Positions 21,300 through 34,490 of a stretch of DNA of 64,000 nt are shown piece after piece. Origin of the DNA: Massalongia carnosa (lineage: Eukaryota); contig OZ287069.1 of NCBI GenBank assembly GCA_965645245.1, positions 2,790,001 through 2,854,000 of the forward strand, given 5' to 3'. Position 1 is the first letter of the stretch. Each line of letters opens with the position of its first letter. The notes under the pieces are model-generated. The model was given only the letters and a program-made list of their open reading frames with translations. It did not search any database and was not told the DNA's origin. The translations under genes were made by a program, and so were the position numbers.

Positions 21300-23576
21300 T
21301 CATATATTGGATTGGGTCTTTGAGTCGAGATCCACTCGGTCAAAATTAAGGATAGCGTCTGTTCGTATCGATAAGCATCTGAATTGTTCGTAGGACTAGA
21401 GATGGAGATGAAAGTTCCAGAACGATACCGTCCAACTCCAAGCAACGAACGCGGAAGAGATTCTATGTAACTAACCATAATAAAGCCTCATACCCTCCGC
21501 GTGTGCCATCATATCTACCCTTTCATCAGTGGTATGGATCCCCTTCCTCGTGCCTTCTCTGGCAGGCGAGAAGCGATAGATGTTCTGAGTGAGGTTCCAA
21601 TAATGGATCGTGTCGGTGTTGCCCTGCATGATATCTCCAACAGGAACCACGGTCTTACCGGTTAAAGTGCTAGTGTTTTCGAATACTTGGCGGACAGTGC
21701 CGCTAAAGAGACGCCAAACTGGATTTGCCGGGTTGGTAGGAGTGATAGGGGAAGGAGAGAGATCGTTGAGAGACTGAAGAACTAGAATTCCCGAGGAATT
21801 ATTGGCCGACGGCATAGTTGGCTTGTCGTGCTTGTCGACATCAAAGTTTTGGAAACGCAGGCAATGCTTCTGAGCGAGTGGACGAAGAATTTTCGAAATC
21901 CTGTGTTTTACAATTTTCAAAGAATCATGAGGAGCAATACGGTAGTTGACAATTGCAGTGACGGTTTCAGGTAATGCGTTGACTTTCTCGCCACCCCAAA
22001 TAATGTCCACTGCCTGCGATGTTTGCATCGAAAAGCGTACCGTAGGACCCCTCTCCTCCGAAAGCCTGCGTCCAGTCCCAGTGCTATTCTCATCATCGAA
22101 GAGAGCACGGCGAAGCCAGGGTTCGACTTCGTTTGGCGAAAACTTGGCTTGGCATTGGAGATAACCTTTGAGAGGGTTATGTGTGGCTAATTCCGGCGTA
22201 TATGGATGCTCTTCCAGGGCCATGATTAATTCAGCCATAATGCCGATACCGCTGTGAGCGGGCGGGCGAGAGCTGTGCCCCCCGTTCACCTCGAGAACAA
22301 CTTTAACATCCACATAGCCTTTCTCTGCAACCCCAAGACGAGCGTAGGCGACATCGCCGATGGTTGTTAAACCCATGCCACCTTCGTCAAGGACCATGGC
22401 GAATCCATCATGACCCCAAGTATATTCTAGCACTGTGATGAGAATGAGCGACGTTCGCATCAACTCAATCAAGTATAAGAGAGAGACTTTTATTTAAGAT
22501 TTTCCCTGGGCTGACTTGAATAAAACGCTTGGGTAAAGCTGTGCCTTCTTGATCAATCAAGCTCATAAGCATCGCCAGTTTTATTTGTCTTCGTGACTAT
22601 TAAATCATTGGAAAAATACAACTTACATTTGGCAATTTCAGCAGCACCCCGCACACCTCCAGTCTCTTCATCGAAGCCGAACGCTAGAACTAACGTTCGT
22701 TGTGGCCTCCATGCCTGTTCTAGAAGAGCTTCCACAGCCGACAACACCCCGATGAGATTGTTCTTGCAATCGCTAGAGCCACGACCCCACAAGTATTGGC
22801 CGTCATAAAACGGCTCAAAGGGAGGATGAGACCATCTCGATATGGATGCTGCAGGCACAACGTCTTGATGAGCAGCGAAAAGGATGGGCGGGGCCCTTGT
22901 TCATCATTTGTCAGCAAATATTGATTATTCCAGTAAGGGACCTTGGTGAATTGGATGGAAAGCCAAGTACAATCCCAACAGTTAAACGTTCAACTGAGCG
23001 TGCATGCAAATGGATTGGCATCTTTAAGGGCCCTCCAAACGGGGTCGTAGAAGAATCCGTTGACTCGATTTGCCCGTTCAGAGACAAGATGACTGACCTT
23101 TCCGAGGTGCCTTGTAGGGTGTAGACAAGATTATAACGATTCGGCTTTTCGATCTGAGCGACATTGTGACTGGTGAAAGAGATCAGAGCTTGCTAGACAG
23201 CTAGGAGCTCTCTTCTATCATACACGAGAGGGAAAAGACCCTTCAAGACTTGATGGAACTCGTCAAACGTTCCCCAGCGAGGGTCGACATCGACATTCCC
23301 GTTATCATCCCAACTCTCCGTTGCCACACGAACCGCCGAAGACAATCGCTCCACTTGTTTCTCAATCGCTTCAGTCTCTGTGAAAACCGTTGATGGCCTC
23401 AGACCGTCCCCACGAGCCTGCACCGGCTCAGGTATCAGGCACCAAGAATGGATATTTTCATCATTTTGCATCAAATTGTTCCTGGACTTTTCCCATGTGT
23501 TAACGGCTTGCCAAAGAAGAAAAACGGGTAAGAGCAGAAGAATTGCCGTCCACATGGACACTTTGCGGACACTCAT
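21300..23576 (-). CDS. Peptidase M20, vacuolar carboxypeptidase S (Gly-Xaa)/PM20D1-like
   Basis: N-terminal TM anchor, then AHQDVVP, GRGSSDCK, FGFDEE, VLDEGG, AEKG, GGHSSRPP, GGEKVNALPE, GNTDTIHYWNL and IHTTDE. The inferred last exon is DAILNFDRVDLDSKTQSNI* with its stop at 21300-21302. Confidence 0.9.
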
Positions 23577-24149
23577 TTCGGAACAATCACAATGACGCTA
23601 CAAGCCGACGACTTGCACACCAACTTTTAGGAGACTGACAACCACTTCAAGACACTAAGGGTTAATAACAATTGAATTGATAAAATGTTCATTCATCAGT
23701 GGGAAGGGGATTCCCCGCCCCTGCTCCCCGCCCGCGCCAATTCTAATGAACTTTACTCTGCTGTCTTCGGTATCGCACAAAGTTTCATGGCTTAAGAACA
23801 TGATCCTAACATTTTGAAGCATCCATGGTATGAAAGAATTAACATTACACCAATAAATAGTCGCAACAAAGATACGTGATCACCACTATTCCTAGTATAG
23901 ATGACTGAAAACCTGTTTCGAAACACCTCAATACCCTCGACTTCACATCATCAATGACTAGTATTTCTCACATGAAAAATCGTTTATTACTTAAACCAAT
24001 CAATCACGTACACTCACCCCACTATCATATTCCTTTCACTATTCATGTTGCGCTTCATGCAATTCAAGACGAAGAAAGACTATCCGCAATTACAGAAGAA
24101 TACCGATAGCCGAACCAAATGTTTCAGTCCCTGCGTAACACTTATGAAT

Positions 24150-24750
24150 ACCGAGTTGAATCCAGCAGACTCCGTAAATACGGTGGATCAACTTGGTACG
24201 GAGTACGGAGTACAGAATAGGGAGTAATTTCCGTTCCTCAAAGTTTTACCGCAAGTTGCATCTGCGTCTTAGCGACCATGACGAGTGCGATGGCCAATGA
24301 TTCATCATTACCCAAAGGTCACCGTACCGTTGCGTCTGGTCTGTGCCTCGGAAGATCCCCCTTCAACCCATGTCCCTGACCCCACAACACAGAAACCTAG
24401 TACAATACAGAGTAGGAGTAGTAGGTAATCACGGCGGAGTGTCAATGCTCCGTGCCATTGCTCCCTACACAACAGATCAGGTACAGAGTACTCTGTACCC
24501 GTACCATGTACCCTGTACCCTATATTTTGTACGGAGGACTCTTTCCAGAATAGAGAGTAACGTACAGAATACAGGGTATGCCGCAAGAGCGAAATGTTAG
24601 AGTACGCCCTGGTGTACTCTGTACTCTGTAGTCTGTACCCTGGTACTCTGTACTCTGTATTCTGTACTCTGTATTTTAATGCCCTGTGCTTTGGGGTGAG
24701 GCGGAACGTATCCGTCTGGTAAAAGACAAAGAATACAGAGTATCTAGATC
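24150..24750. repeat. Cluster of TAC(A/G)GAGTA / TACTCTGTA motifs with a 20-bp palindrome
   Basis: GTACGGAGTACGGAGTACAG (~24196), perfect palindrome GGTACAGAGTACTCTGTACC (24480-24499) and a tandem TACTCTG array (~24614-24673), all in the divergent promoter between the M20 gene and adenylate cyclase. Confidence 0.75.
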
Positions 24751-25121
24751 AAGGTCTGGTTGAGAAGCTTCCACGCAACGATCCTAACCGTAATGCCGAG
24801 CAGCATACTGCAGAGTTGCGGGAACAATGTCGCTGCTGCTCACGGGTTGACGCTTTCATTGTTTGATTGTTGGAAGAGAGAACTGGAAATATATCTACAC
24901 GAAAAGAAAAGAAAAGAGAGGTGGGAAGGGAAGGCAAGGGAGTCTTGGCTTTGTCCGGTGTGTGGCTTTCTCTGGCGTTCTCGCTTGAACCGGAACTGCG
25001 AACGCAACGCTACGCTTCTTCCCGCCCTGCCTGCCAAGGCCTTCCTCGTTGTCTGCGCGTATACACTTCAACGAACCCCTCCGTCGCTGGTCGTTGCGTC
25101 CAGCACCACTCCACGGCAACC

Positions 25122-28100
25122 ATGACGAAGAAGGACCATTTGTCCAAACATGTCATGGCCACCTCCAGCAAGCCATCTCGACGAACTAATGACCGGGCCG
25201 TGGCCTCATCCGAGCTAGGCTCCGCCCGGAGGACTCCTATACATGTGCTTACCGGGAAGAAAGACCTGTAAGTGTAGGAATGAGCTCCGATTCAGGTCAA
25301 CCGTATTTTCTATCCCGTCAGTGTCCTTGTACAGTCTGCCAGAGCATCTGTAACGTCTCGAGCGAGTGTGTGCCGTTCATTCGGGTTTGGAGTTAGGCAT
25401 GCGCAGTGTCCTGCTATCAAACTCGTGTAATGGCGCCTGCAAGGTCTACGCTGCTTTCAGCACCATCCGTTCAAGAATTATCAATGTGTGGTGCAGATAT
25501 TTGTTCAGCTCGACACTATTGGACACTTTGAGATGGTTTGATACCGCCCGGCTAACGCAATGAACTTTTTCGTATAGGGCCGGAGAAACTCTACACATCC
25601 CTCCCGATACAGGAACTCCTTCACACATGACATTTTTCTCGAGTTCTCCAGACGTGTCGCCAAAGGATTATGGAAGAAATAGCACAATCCGCGACTACCG
25701 CCAAGATCTGGAGTATATGGATACCTCGGGAGGAGCACCGCCATCGACCTCAAAGCGTCAGCTCTCTGCGGCTGGATTAAATGCGCAGATTGCGCCTTGG
25801 ACGAATAACGATGGGTCATCTCTTCCTGGAGGTCCATCGGTTGGAAGCTTCTTCGACGATGGACGCGGGAAACTCCCAATATCTCCTTCCTTTCGCCCCG
25901 ATACCGGTCGTACAGGGGCTAGCGATTCTCCAGACCCGATGTTTTGTGGGGAAGAAAGGCGACCTTCCATGGCGAGCGCAACCACAGTTAGCAGTTCCAA
26001 CTCCAATCGCAGGGCTAGCACAAGTAGGAGCACACGTCACAAGAAGTTGGCAAACTTTTTTGGGGAAGACGCTGGCCATGAGTCGTCACGAGGTTCCGAT
26101 ACCAGTGTTTTCACCACTGGCCGTGACCACTCAACATCCTCGCACTCTCATAGGGATCGGAATAACTCTGTCCACACCCTCAATACTGACGGGCGCGCCA
26201 TATCGCCAACCAACTCGAGACCTAGGAGTCCGCAACCTTCGAGTGAGGTCACCCCTTGGCTCTTTCAAGACTTCAAGGTGAGCTCATGTATTTGTTTTGG
26301 ACCTACGCAATCACACACTGTTTTGATATCGGATCATTTCTCCACCTTTTCCATCAGCAACTCCAAATACCAATCCGAATGCACCTGCTTCATCAGAAAT
26401 AAAGCAAACTTGTCTAGTCGCAATCTCTGGTTGTACTTTTAGGTAACGTGGCAGGTAGAACTGCATGTAGATGATAAGTGACCAAGTGTGACCTGATGGC
26501 CTGTTTTCTTTCTAATTGTTTTTTTGTCGCATTTCTTTGTAAAAAAGAATAATTATCGTTATGGAAAGACTCCTGAAATCGCCTTGTTATCAAGTCTCGG
26601 GAGTGGCGATTTACAGCTTCTCTCTTAAATACCACGCAGCTCTTTCTTGATCCAGTACTTTGGATCGGAAGCTAACGCAACTGTGGTGTAGGACCTTCAA
26701 CAATACGGCGATGCTCCAATTAGGCAGGCGCCAGCTAGTCTGGAGAAACAGCGTTACGCGGATGGCGATCCTCCGCCCGTGCATCACCATCATCACCATA
26801 GGCTTCATTTTCCTGGCCATCGACATACAAGAAGTAAAGAAGAGCCGCCCAGGCCTCCATCGAAGGACAATATCTACCCTCCTCGCCCTTTGACGAGTAG
26901 ACAAGACTCTTCCACCAGCGCACGATTTCTAAGAGACCAAATCTCCTCTCCGATGGCCTCGCGCACAACGCTTTCAACACGCGGAACAAGCCCAACGCCG
27001 AGTGCTCACAGCAGTTTCGGTCATGATATCTCCACAGGCCAACGATCACCAGCCGACGCCCCCACCGGGAAACGCTCGATTTTCGATAAGATCCGGAGGC
27101 ACAAGGGTGATCGGGGAGCCCATGAGTCCTTATCGCATCTGGCTGGATCTACTAGATCATTGCAAGACTCCAACGGTGACGCCTTGAAGAGTATTCAACC
27201 GGACCCTACCCAGCCCAAACGAGCTCGAGAGGGGAGTATCGCCACCTTCGACAGCAGCTCCACAGCCAGAGCCTCGGACTATGTTGACGGAGATTCCTCG
27301 GCTCAAAAGAAGGAGAGCGGCCCCAGGTTATTGCACAGCCATGCAAAATTCCCGAGACCGATGAGGCGGGGCTTTAGTTATGAGCATTCTGCGAAAGAGG
27401 TTGAGAAGGCTCGTAATGGTTCCATGCCGAACCCATCGTTATTATATCTAGACACAGACCTCAACAATATGGAGGGCATCTTGAATCCTGCTGCACCGCC
27501 ATCGAACGCCCCGCATCATGGGGGGATCTTCATCGGGGCGCCCATAGACGAAGAACCGCGTAAGGAGTCTGTTGATTTGGAAAGTGCCAACGGTCCCGGA
27601 ACATGGGATGCACCAGATTCCTGGGCTGTAAAGAGGGTTGGGGATGAGAACAGTGGACGACTTCGAGAGATGGACGAAAAGGGAGTCCCTCAGAAAGTAG
27701 AGGATGATGGTACACCCCATTGCGTCCGCGTTTTTCGAATTGATTCTACATTTGCAACTTTATCCACAAGTGTCAACACCACCGTAGCAGAGGTTTTACA
27801 AATGCTAGGCAAGAAGTCATTCTTACAAGATGAGCTCGATAATTACCAGATCATTATGCGAAAGCATGATCTACAGAGGCAGCTCGCACCAGGAGAGAGG
27901 CCCTTGGCGATACAGAAACGGTTGCTTGAGCAGGTTGGCTATCTTCCCATCGATCGCATCGAAGAGATTGGGCGAGAAGACAACAGCTATCTATGCCGCT
28001 TTACCTTTGTGCCGACCAAGCTGAGCGGTTTTTATAGTCTTGAAAAGGAGCACGGCCATGCCAAAATGTCCAAATTCAGCCATGTTGACCTCCAAGGCCG

Positions 28101-31100
28101 GAACCTTGTTACTATACCAATCACCCTATACCAGAAAGCGAATGATATTATATCGCTTAATCTTTCGCGCAACCTGTCCCTCGACGTACCTAAAGACTTC
28201 ATCCAAGGGTGCATCAACCTTCGGGAGATAAAGTACATCAGCAATGAGGCTTGGCAGCTTCCGTCAAGTTTCAGCCTTGCCACGAGATTGACAGTGCTTG
28301 ATATCTCAAATAATCGGCTGGAACATCTCGAACACGCAGAACTAGAGAATTTGGTCAACCTGCTGAGCATTAAGATGTCTAACAATAAACTAAAACATTT
28401 ACCGTCGTATTTTGGTCGTTACAAATACCTCCGAAGTCTTAATGTATCATCGAACTATCTGGAAACCTTCCCGGAGTTTCTCTGTGATCTAAGATCCCTC
28501 GTCGATTTGGATATTAGCTTTAATTCCATCAGCGCTCTGCCCAACATTGGGCAGCTCACGACGCTAGAGAGGCTGTGGGCAACAAACAACAATCTCTCGG
28601 GACACTTCGCCGAGAGTTTCAAGGAGCTTGCTAGCTTGAAAGAGATCGATCTACGGTTCAACAGTATCACTAGCATTGACGTCTTTAGCAAATTGCCTCG
28701 TCTCGAACAGCTCATGGTAGGGCACAATGCAATCTCAAAATTTGAAGGCAGCTTTGCCAAAATTCGGATCTTGCATCTTGATCACAATCCAGTCACTCGC
28801 TTTGATTTCACTTCGTCCGTCAACAGCCTAACGTCTTTAAATATTGCCTCAGCCAAAATCGCCCAGATAGATGATTGCATGTTTGAAAAGATGCCAAACC
28901 TTTCGAAACTGAACATGGATAAGAACCATTTTGTCAACCTGTCGCACGAGGTTGGGAGACTCCGGAGACTGGAATATCTTAGCATCGCCAAGAACCCTTT
29001 GAGCAGTTTACCGGCTTCGATTGGCCAACTCCAGGAGCTGCGCTTCCTCGATGTACGAGAATGCAATTTAACGGGCCTGCCAACGGAGATGTGGTTCTGC
29101 TTAAAGTTAGATACTTTAAATGTCTCGTCTAATGTTTTAGAGACCTTCCCAAAACCCCCCACCCCGACCCCACCAGGGCAAGGAGATAACAGCTCGAACG
29201 GAATTCATACCTCCACAGCAGCACAAGCAGCACTAACGTCTCCTAGCTACGAAGATCTTGGAAAGTTGGAACATTTTGGTCATCGGAGACCAAGTCAAGC
29301 CTCTGCAGGCCTATTGAGTGTTGGTAGCTCGCCGGGTGGGGGCCAAAGGAAAGGTTCCATAGTGTCTATCTACGGACCCGGAGGCAGAAAAGCTTCGGTG
29401 ATAGCCCGAACGCCTACTGACGGGAGCATGGTCATGGTGACACGAAAGGAGTCCAGTAGTGTTCAGCAACGCCTTGCTACAACATTCGCTGGATCCCTTC
29501 GAAATCTATACCTTGCGGATAATAGGCTTACTGACGACGTGTTTGATGAGATATCGATGCTGCCGGAGCTTCGGGTCCTAAACCTATCATATAATGAACT
29601 ATACGATATTCCTCCACGATCCCTGCGACGCTGGCAGTGTCTGAATGAGCTCTATTTATCGGGAAATGAATTGACGTCGCTCCCGTCTGATGACTTGGAA
29701 GAGATTACCTCGCTCAAGGTGCTTCATCTTAATGGCAACAAATTCCAGGTCCTTCCTGCCGAGCTTGGAAAGGTTCACAAACTGGCAATACTCGATGTTG
29801 GGAGCAACAGCTTGAAATATAACGTGTCGAATTGGCCATACGACTGGAATTGGAACTGGAATAGGAATCTAAAGTACCTTAACTTTTCAGGCAACAAACG
29901 TCTCGAGATCAAGCCAAGTCGTTCCTTTGCCGCGGGAGGAGGTCGAGAAGGCATGGATTTGACCAACTTCAGCACTTTGCAGCATCTTCGAGTGCTGGGT
30001 CTCATGGACGTTACGCTGACGATTCCTGCTGTTCCTGAACAGACTGAGGATCGTAGAGTGCGCACATCAGGCTCCATTGCTGGTGCAATGACGTACGGCA
30101 TGGCCGATAGCTTGGGCAGGCATGAGCATCTTTCAACCATTGACATGGTTGTACCCAAATTCCGGGGCCATGAGACAGAAACACTGTTGGGCTTGTTTGA
30201 CGGTCAAGCCTCGTCCACCGGAGGCTCAAAGCTAGCGAAATATCTCCACGAGAATTTTACGTATCACTTCACAGAAGAACTCAGCAAGCTCAAGTCGGCG
30301 GCAGAGACACCTGGTGATGCACTTCGACGAACCTTTCTCGCCCTCAACAAGGACCTAGCAACCACTGCGAGCTTGACAATGGATGAAAGGGAGCATAGGG
30401 CCCCGCAATATTCTCACCGGGGATCAACAGCAGCACAGACTCTAAGCGCCGACGATCTCAACTCGGGCGGAGTTGCTACCGTTATCTTTCTTGACAATTT
30501 AGAGCTTTATCTGGCAAATGTTGGGGATGCCCAAGCAATGCTCATGCACTCCGATGGTGGTTACAAAATACTGACCCGCAAACACGACCCCGCAATACCA
30601 CGTGAGAGAGAACGCATACGGGAAGCTGGCGGTTATGTGTCTCGGCATGGCAAGCTGAACGACGTACTGGATGTTTCACGGGCATTTGGATACATTCAGA
30701 TGATGCCGGCGGTGACCGCAGCGCCCAACATCACTCAGATCACCCTAAGGGAGCAAGATGAGATGATTCTGATCGCGTCGAGGGAGCTCTGGGAATATCT
30801 CACCCCGGACGTTGTGGTGGACGTAGCCCGTTCCGAGCGAGGAGATCTTATGCGAGCTGCGCAAAAGCTTCGTGACCTGGCGATGGCTTTTGGTGCCACT
30901 GGCAAGATCATGGTCATGATGATTGGCGTCAGCGATTTGAAGAAACGCGAGCGAAACCGCTACAGAGGCCAGAGCCTGTCGATGGGGCCATCCCAGATGC
31001 TCGACGATCAAGCCCTCCCATCCAAGCGTGGTAAACGTCGGGATGGGGATCGCCCAGATGACTCAACCCTTCAACGGTTAGACAAGGAGATTGACGCTCC

Positions 31101-32320
31101 CATCGGCGACGTTAGCATTATCTTCACCGATATCAAGAACTCCACGACCTTGTGGGAAAGCTATCCTGTAGCAATGAGATCCGCCATCAAAATTCATAAT
31201 GCTGTCATGAGACGGCAATTGCGGATCATCGGTGGGTACGAAGTCAAGACGGAAGGTGATGCGTTCATGGTGTCATTTCCTACCGCAACGTCAGCTCTAC
31301 TGTGGTGTTTTTCCGTTCAGAGTCATCTCCTCGATGCCCCCTGGCCTAGTGAGATTCTTAATAGCGTGCACTGCCAAGAAGTGCTGGACCCAGACCAGAA
31401 TGTCATCTATCGCGGTTTGTCCGTGCGCATGGGTATGCATTGGGGGAATCCGGTCTGCGAACGCGATCCTGTCACGCGACGCATGGATTACTTTGGGCCG
31501 ATGGTCAATAGAGCCTCTCGAATATCAGGGGCGGCAGATGGAGGCCAAATCTACGTATCATCCGATTTTATCGCTGAAATCCAACGCACATTGGAGACAT
31601 ATGCCGATACGGATCGTTCGAACTCTACAAGTTCGGAAGAGACGTTGAATGACGATATGATGGGACAAGCCATCAGGCGGGAGCTGAGATCTTTGAGCAG
31701 CCAAGGCTTCGAAGTCAAAGATCTTGGGACTCTCAAGCTGAAAGGGCTCGAGAATCCTGAGTATGTTTACCAGATGTATGCACACTCGCTCGCAGGCAGA
31801 TTGGCTGCCCAACAGCAGCGGACAGAGACTGTGATAGCCATCACCTCTGCTGAGCCGGGAAGCATGGTAAGGGATAGCAAACTCTCGATGGAAACAGAGG
31901 TCGTATGGGATCTTTGGGATGTCTCTCTTAGGATGGAAATGCTTTGCAGCGCTCTTGAAACCCCTGGGCTGACAAGCTTGAGACCACCCGAGACTGCCAT
32001 GTTGGAGCAGATGAAAGCCCGAGCCGGAGAGGTGACCGATCGGGTTCTACTGAACATCATGGAGCAGCAGGTTACTAGAATTGAGGTCAGTTCGTACCTT
32101 CAACCTTTTTGTGACAGATTTCGCTAACAACATACTATTTTAGTGCTGCATCGCTTCGCTTTCCCTACGGAACTTGGTCCGCCCCTTTGCCAAAAATCGT
32201 GGGCTTCTGGAGCAAGCCTGCCCTATGACGAATATCATCCGTGAGCTCTCCGTGCAACTTGTCGAGTTCACGGCATTGAAGGAAAAACACGGGCCTACAA
32301 CTCGGCCTTTGAAGCGATGA
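25122..32320 (+). CDS. cyaA: Adenylate cyclase
   Basis: Exons 25122-25267, 25578-26277, 26692-32085 and 32144-32320, all frame-consistent with GT-AG sites and CTAAC branch points. Domains: Ras-association (WDAPDSWAV, VRVFRIDSTFATLS), LRRs, NWPYDWNWNWN, PP2C-like, and cyclase (IIFTDIKNST, YEVKTEGDAFM, RMDYFGPMVNRASRI). Ortholog of CYR1/MAC1. Confidence 0.97.
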
Positions 32321-33883
32321 CAAGCTACCGGAAATGTACAGCTTCCGTGATATCTCAACTAAAAGTCTAACGAGCGTTTAACTGCACATTACAAGATCAA
32401 GGATCTAGCTACCGATTTGGTTTTCTTATCATGATACCTATATCTTTAAGCCTTATTTTTATATTAAATTCGTTGGATTAATTCGCAGGTGGTAATCTTA
32501 TGGAGACATATTCTGTATTTATTCCCAGTCTCTATTTTTTGGGAAGGAGGGAAAAGCAAGGTGTCACGGAGTTGTTTAATTTCGGTGGTTACGCACGCCA
32601 CGAAGGATATTTTGGGAAGGCAAATGTGGCGTTTTTGGTCCGCCTTGCAATCTGTAACTTCTGGTGGCGCAGTTGCTTTCTTTGAAGAATCTCAGGGACG
32701 AAACGAAATGACGCTGGATTCTCATGAATTGGAAAGAGGTTAGGTTGGGAAAGGCTAGGAAGGCTTTTAGGGGCATGTCAGAAGTTCTACCTGCATGTCT
32801 GGTCTGGTCGGGTTTTCTTGCATCATGGCTTGGCCTGGCTTTCCCTTTTTTCCGCCGGTATTTTATCGGACCCGATTTTGAGGCGTTTGCCCAGGGCCTG
32901 AACTGCGCTTTGCGCAGGCTCGGGGTACTTTTTTGGCCTTTGGGATTTAGTACGAAGTGGTGGGCGGAAATCCACGATTATTGTTTTTTTTGCGAAGCGC
33001 TGTTTGATTCATGAACATTTCAGTTTGGCAGCCATTGGAAGCCAGCACGGGGTTACAGCAGCCGGTGTATTCTCTCCCCATAGGTTACGTGCATAATAAA
33101 GAACATTCTGTTCGCTTCCCGTACCGTTGCCGTCCTTGTCTTTCTATCTGTCTACGTGTCTATCTATTTGTCCGTCTATCATTCCAACCAGCTGATTTTT
33201 CCTCGATGAGTTCTGCGATGAACAAACGAACACTCGATGAAACATAGATAGATTGAAGATCCGAAAGTTTGGCTGCTTTCTCGATTCCTCGACTGCTTTA
33301 TACTGCCTACATACTACCGGCTCCAGATAACTTGGGTATGTATAACTGAGGCGAAATATATATATATATTTTTTGAAAAAGAAACAGGGACCGATCGCTT
33401 TCCTTCCGCTCATCGTCTACCTCTTCGCGTTTTTTCCTTTTTTCTTTCTTCGGTGTCTTCTTCTCTTTCTTTAGCATCGACCTGAATTCTCTTTCTTGGC
33501 GTCGACCTGCATCTTTTTCTAGACGAGAAAAGAAAGAAAAAAACCGTCTCCTTTACTCGGCGTAGGGGACGAGTGAGGGGAGAGGAAAGACGATTTATCT
33601 ATTTTGCTCTATCTACCTACTTTCTTATTTATTTATTAATTTGTTTATTTAGCTAAAGCTCTCGCGGTCTTCGTCTGATCTAATTCGTTCATCCATCCAA
33701 CTACTTTATCCCACCCACCCTTATCCTATCCCATCCTATCCTTCAATCCCCCTCCACCCTACCGAATCCAGCATACCTTAATCCTTCCCTTCCCTCGTTC
33801 CCCGTCTCTAGTCCGTCCCAGATCGCATCTCGTCAAATCAATAAATACCTAACCAGGCAGGCGGATAGGGGGACGGAATACCT

Positions 33884-33970
33884 GGGGTTTGGGGGTTTGG
33901 GGGTTTAGGGGCACGCAGGTGACAAAATGTGAGGGGTTAGGGTTTAAGGTTAAGGGTTAAGGTTTAAGGG
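33884..33970. repeat. Degenerate telomere-like (TTAGGG/TTAAGG/TTTGGGG) tract
   Basis: GGGGTTTGGGGGTTTGGGGGTTTAGGGG...GGGGTTAGGGTTTAAGGTTAAGGGTTAAGGTTTAAGGG. Confidence 0.5.
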
Positions 33971-34490
33971 GATGTAACACAAGTGGTGGATTTTGAGTTT
34001 GATTTTGGGGGAAAGGGGGATTGAGATTTTGGATGGAATTTTAGATGGAGATGGAGAGTTTTGAGAAAAATACTTCATGTATTAGCCATTAGGTGCTTAC
34101 CCACCTATCTACATCTACGAGGATACCTACCTATCCTGTCTCTTTTCGGGTGATTAACGGTCATGTAGATGATAAACATTAGGTAACTTTGTTGGTAGTA
34201 GCGATCTACTACTGATTGTGTGGGTTGTGGTATATGAACGAGGGGACCGAACAACCACCCCCATATTTACGAGGTAGGTACATGGACAGTTTTTAGACGC
34301 GGGTGGGTTGGAGCAAAGCACCGAGAACAAGCATCGAGAACACAATGAGAGCAGGGTGCAGCAGTATTCCGAGAAGAAACCGACAAACCCCTCCCTCCCA
34401 ATTTCCCGGGTTCATCGTGACAGAACGTAGGCTGCAATATTCAGTGCTTCGTGATAACGGAAGAATCTCAGACTAAGGGGGGCACAAAAA

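Noticed and set aside
26436..26460. TTTTAG|GTAACG inside adenylate cyclase intron 2 as a recursive splice site or microexon
   Set aside because: The donor is weak, there is no convincing branch point, and the gene splices in frame without it.
33884..33970. True telomere or chromosome-fusion scar
   Set aside because: The tract is short, degenerate and single-orientation, within low-complexity intergenic DNA.
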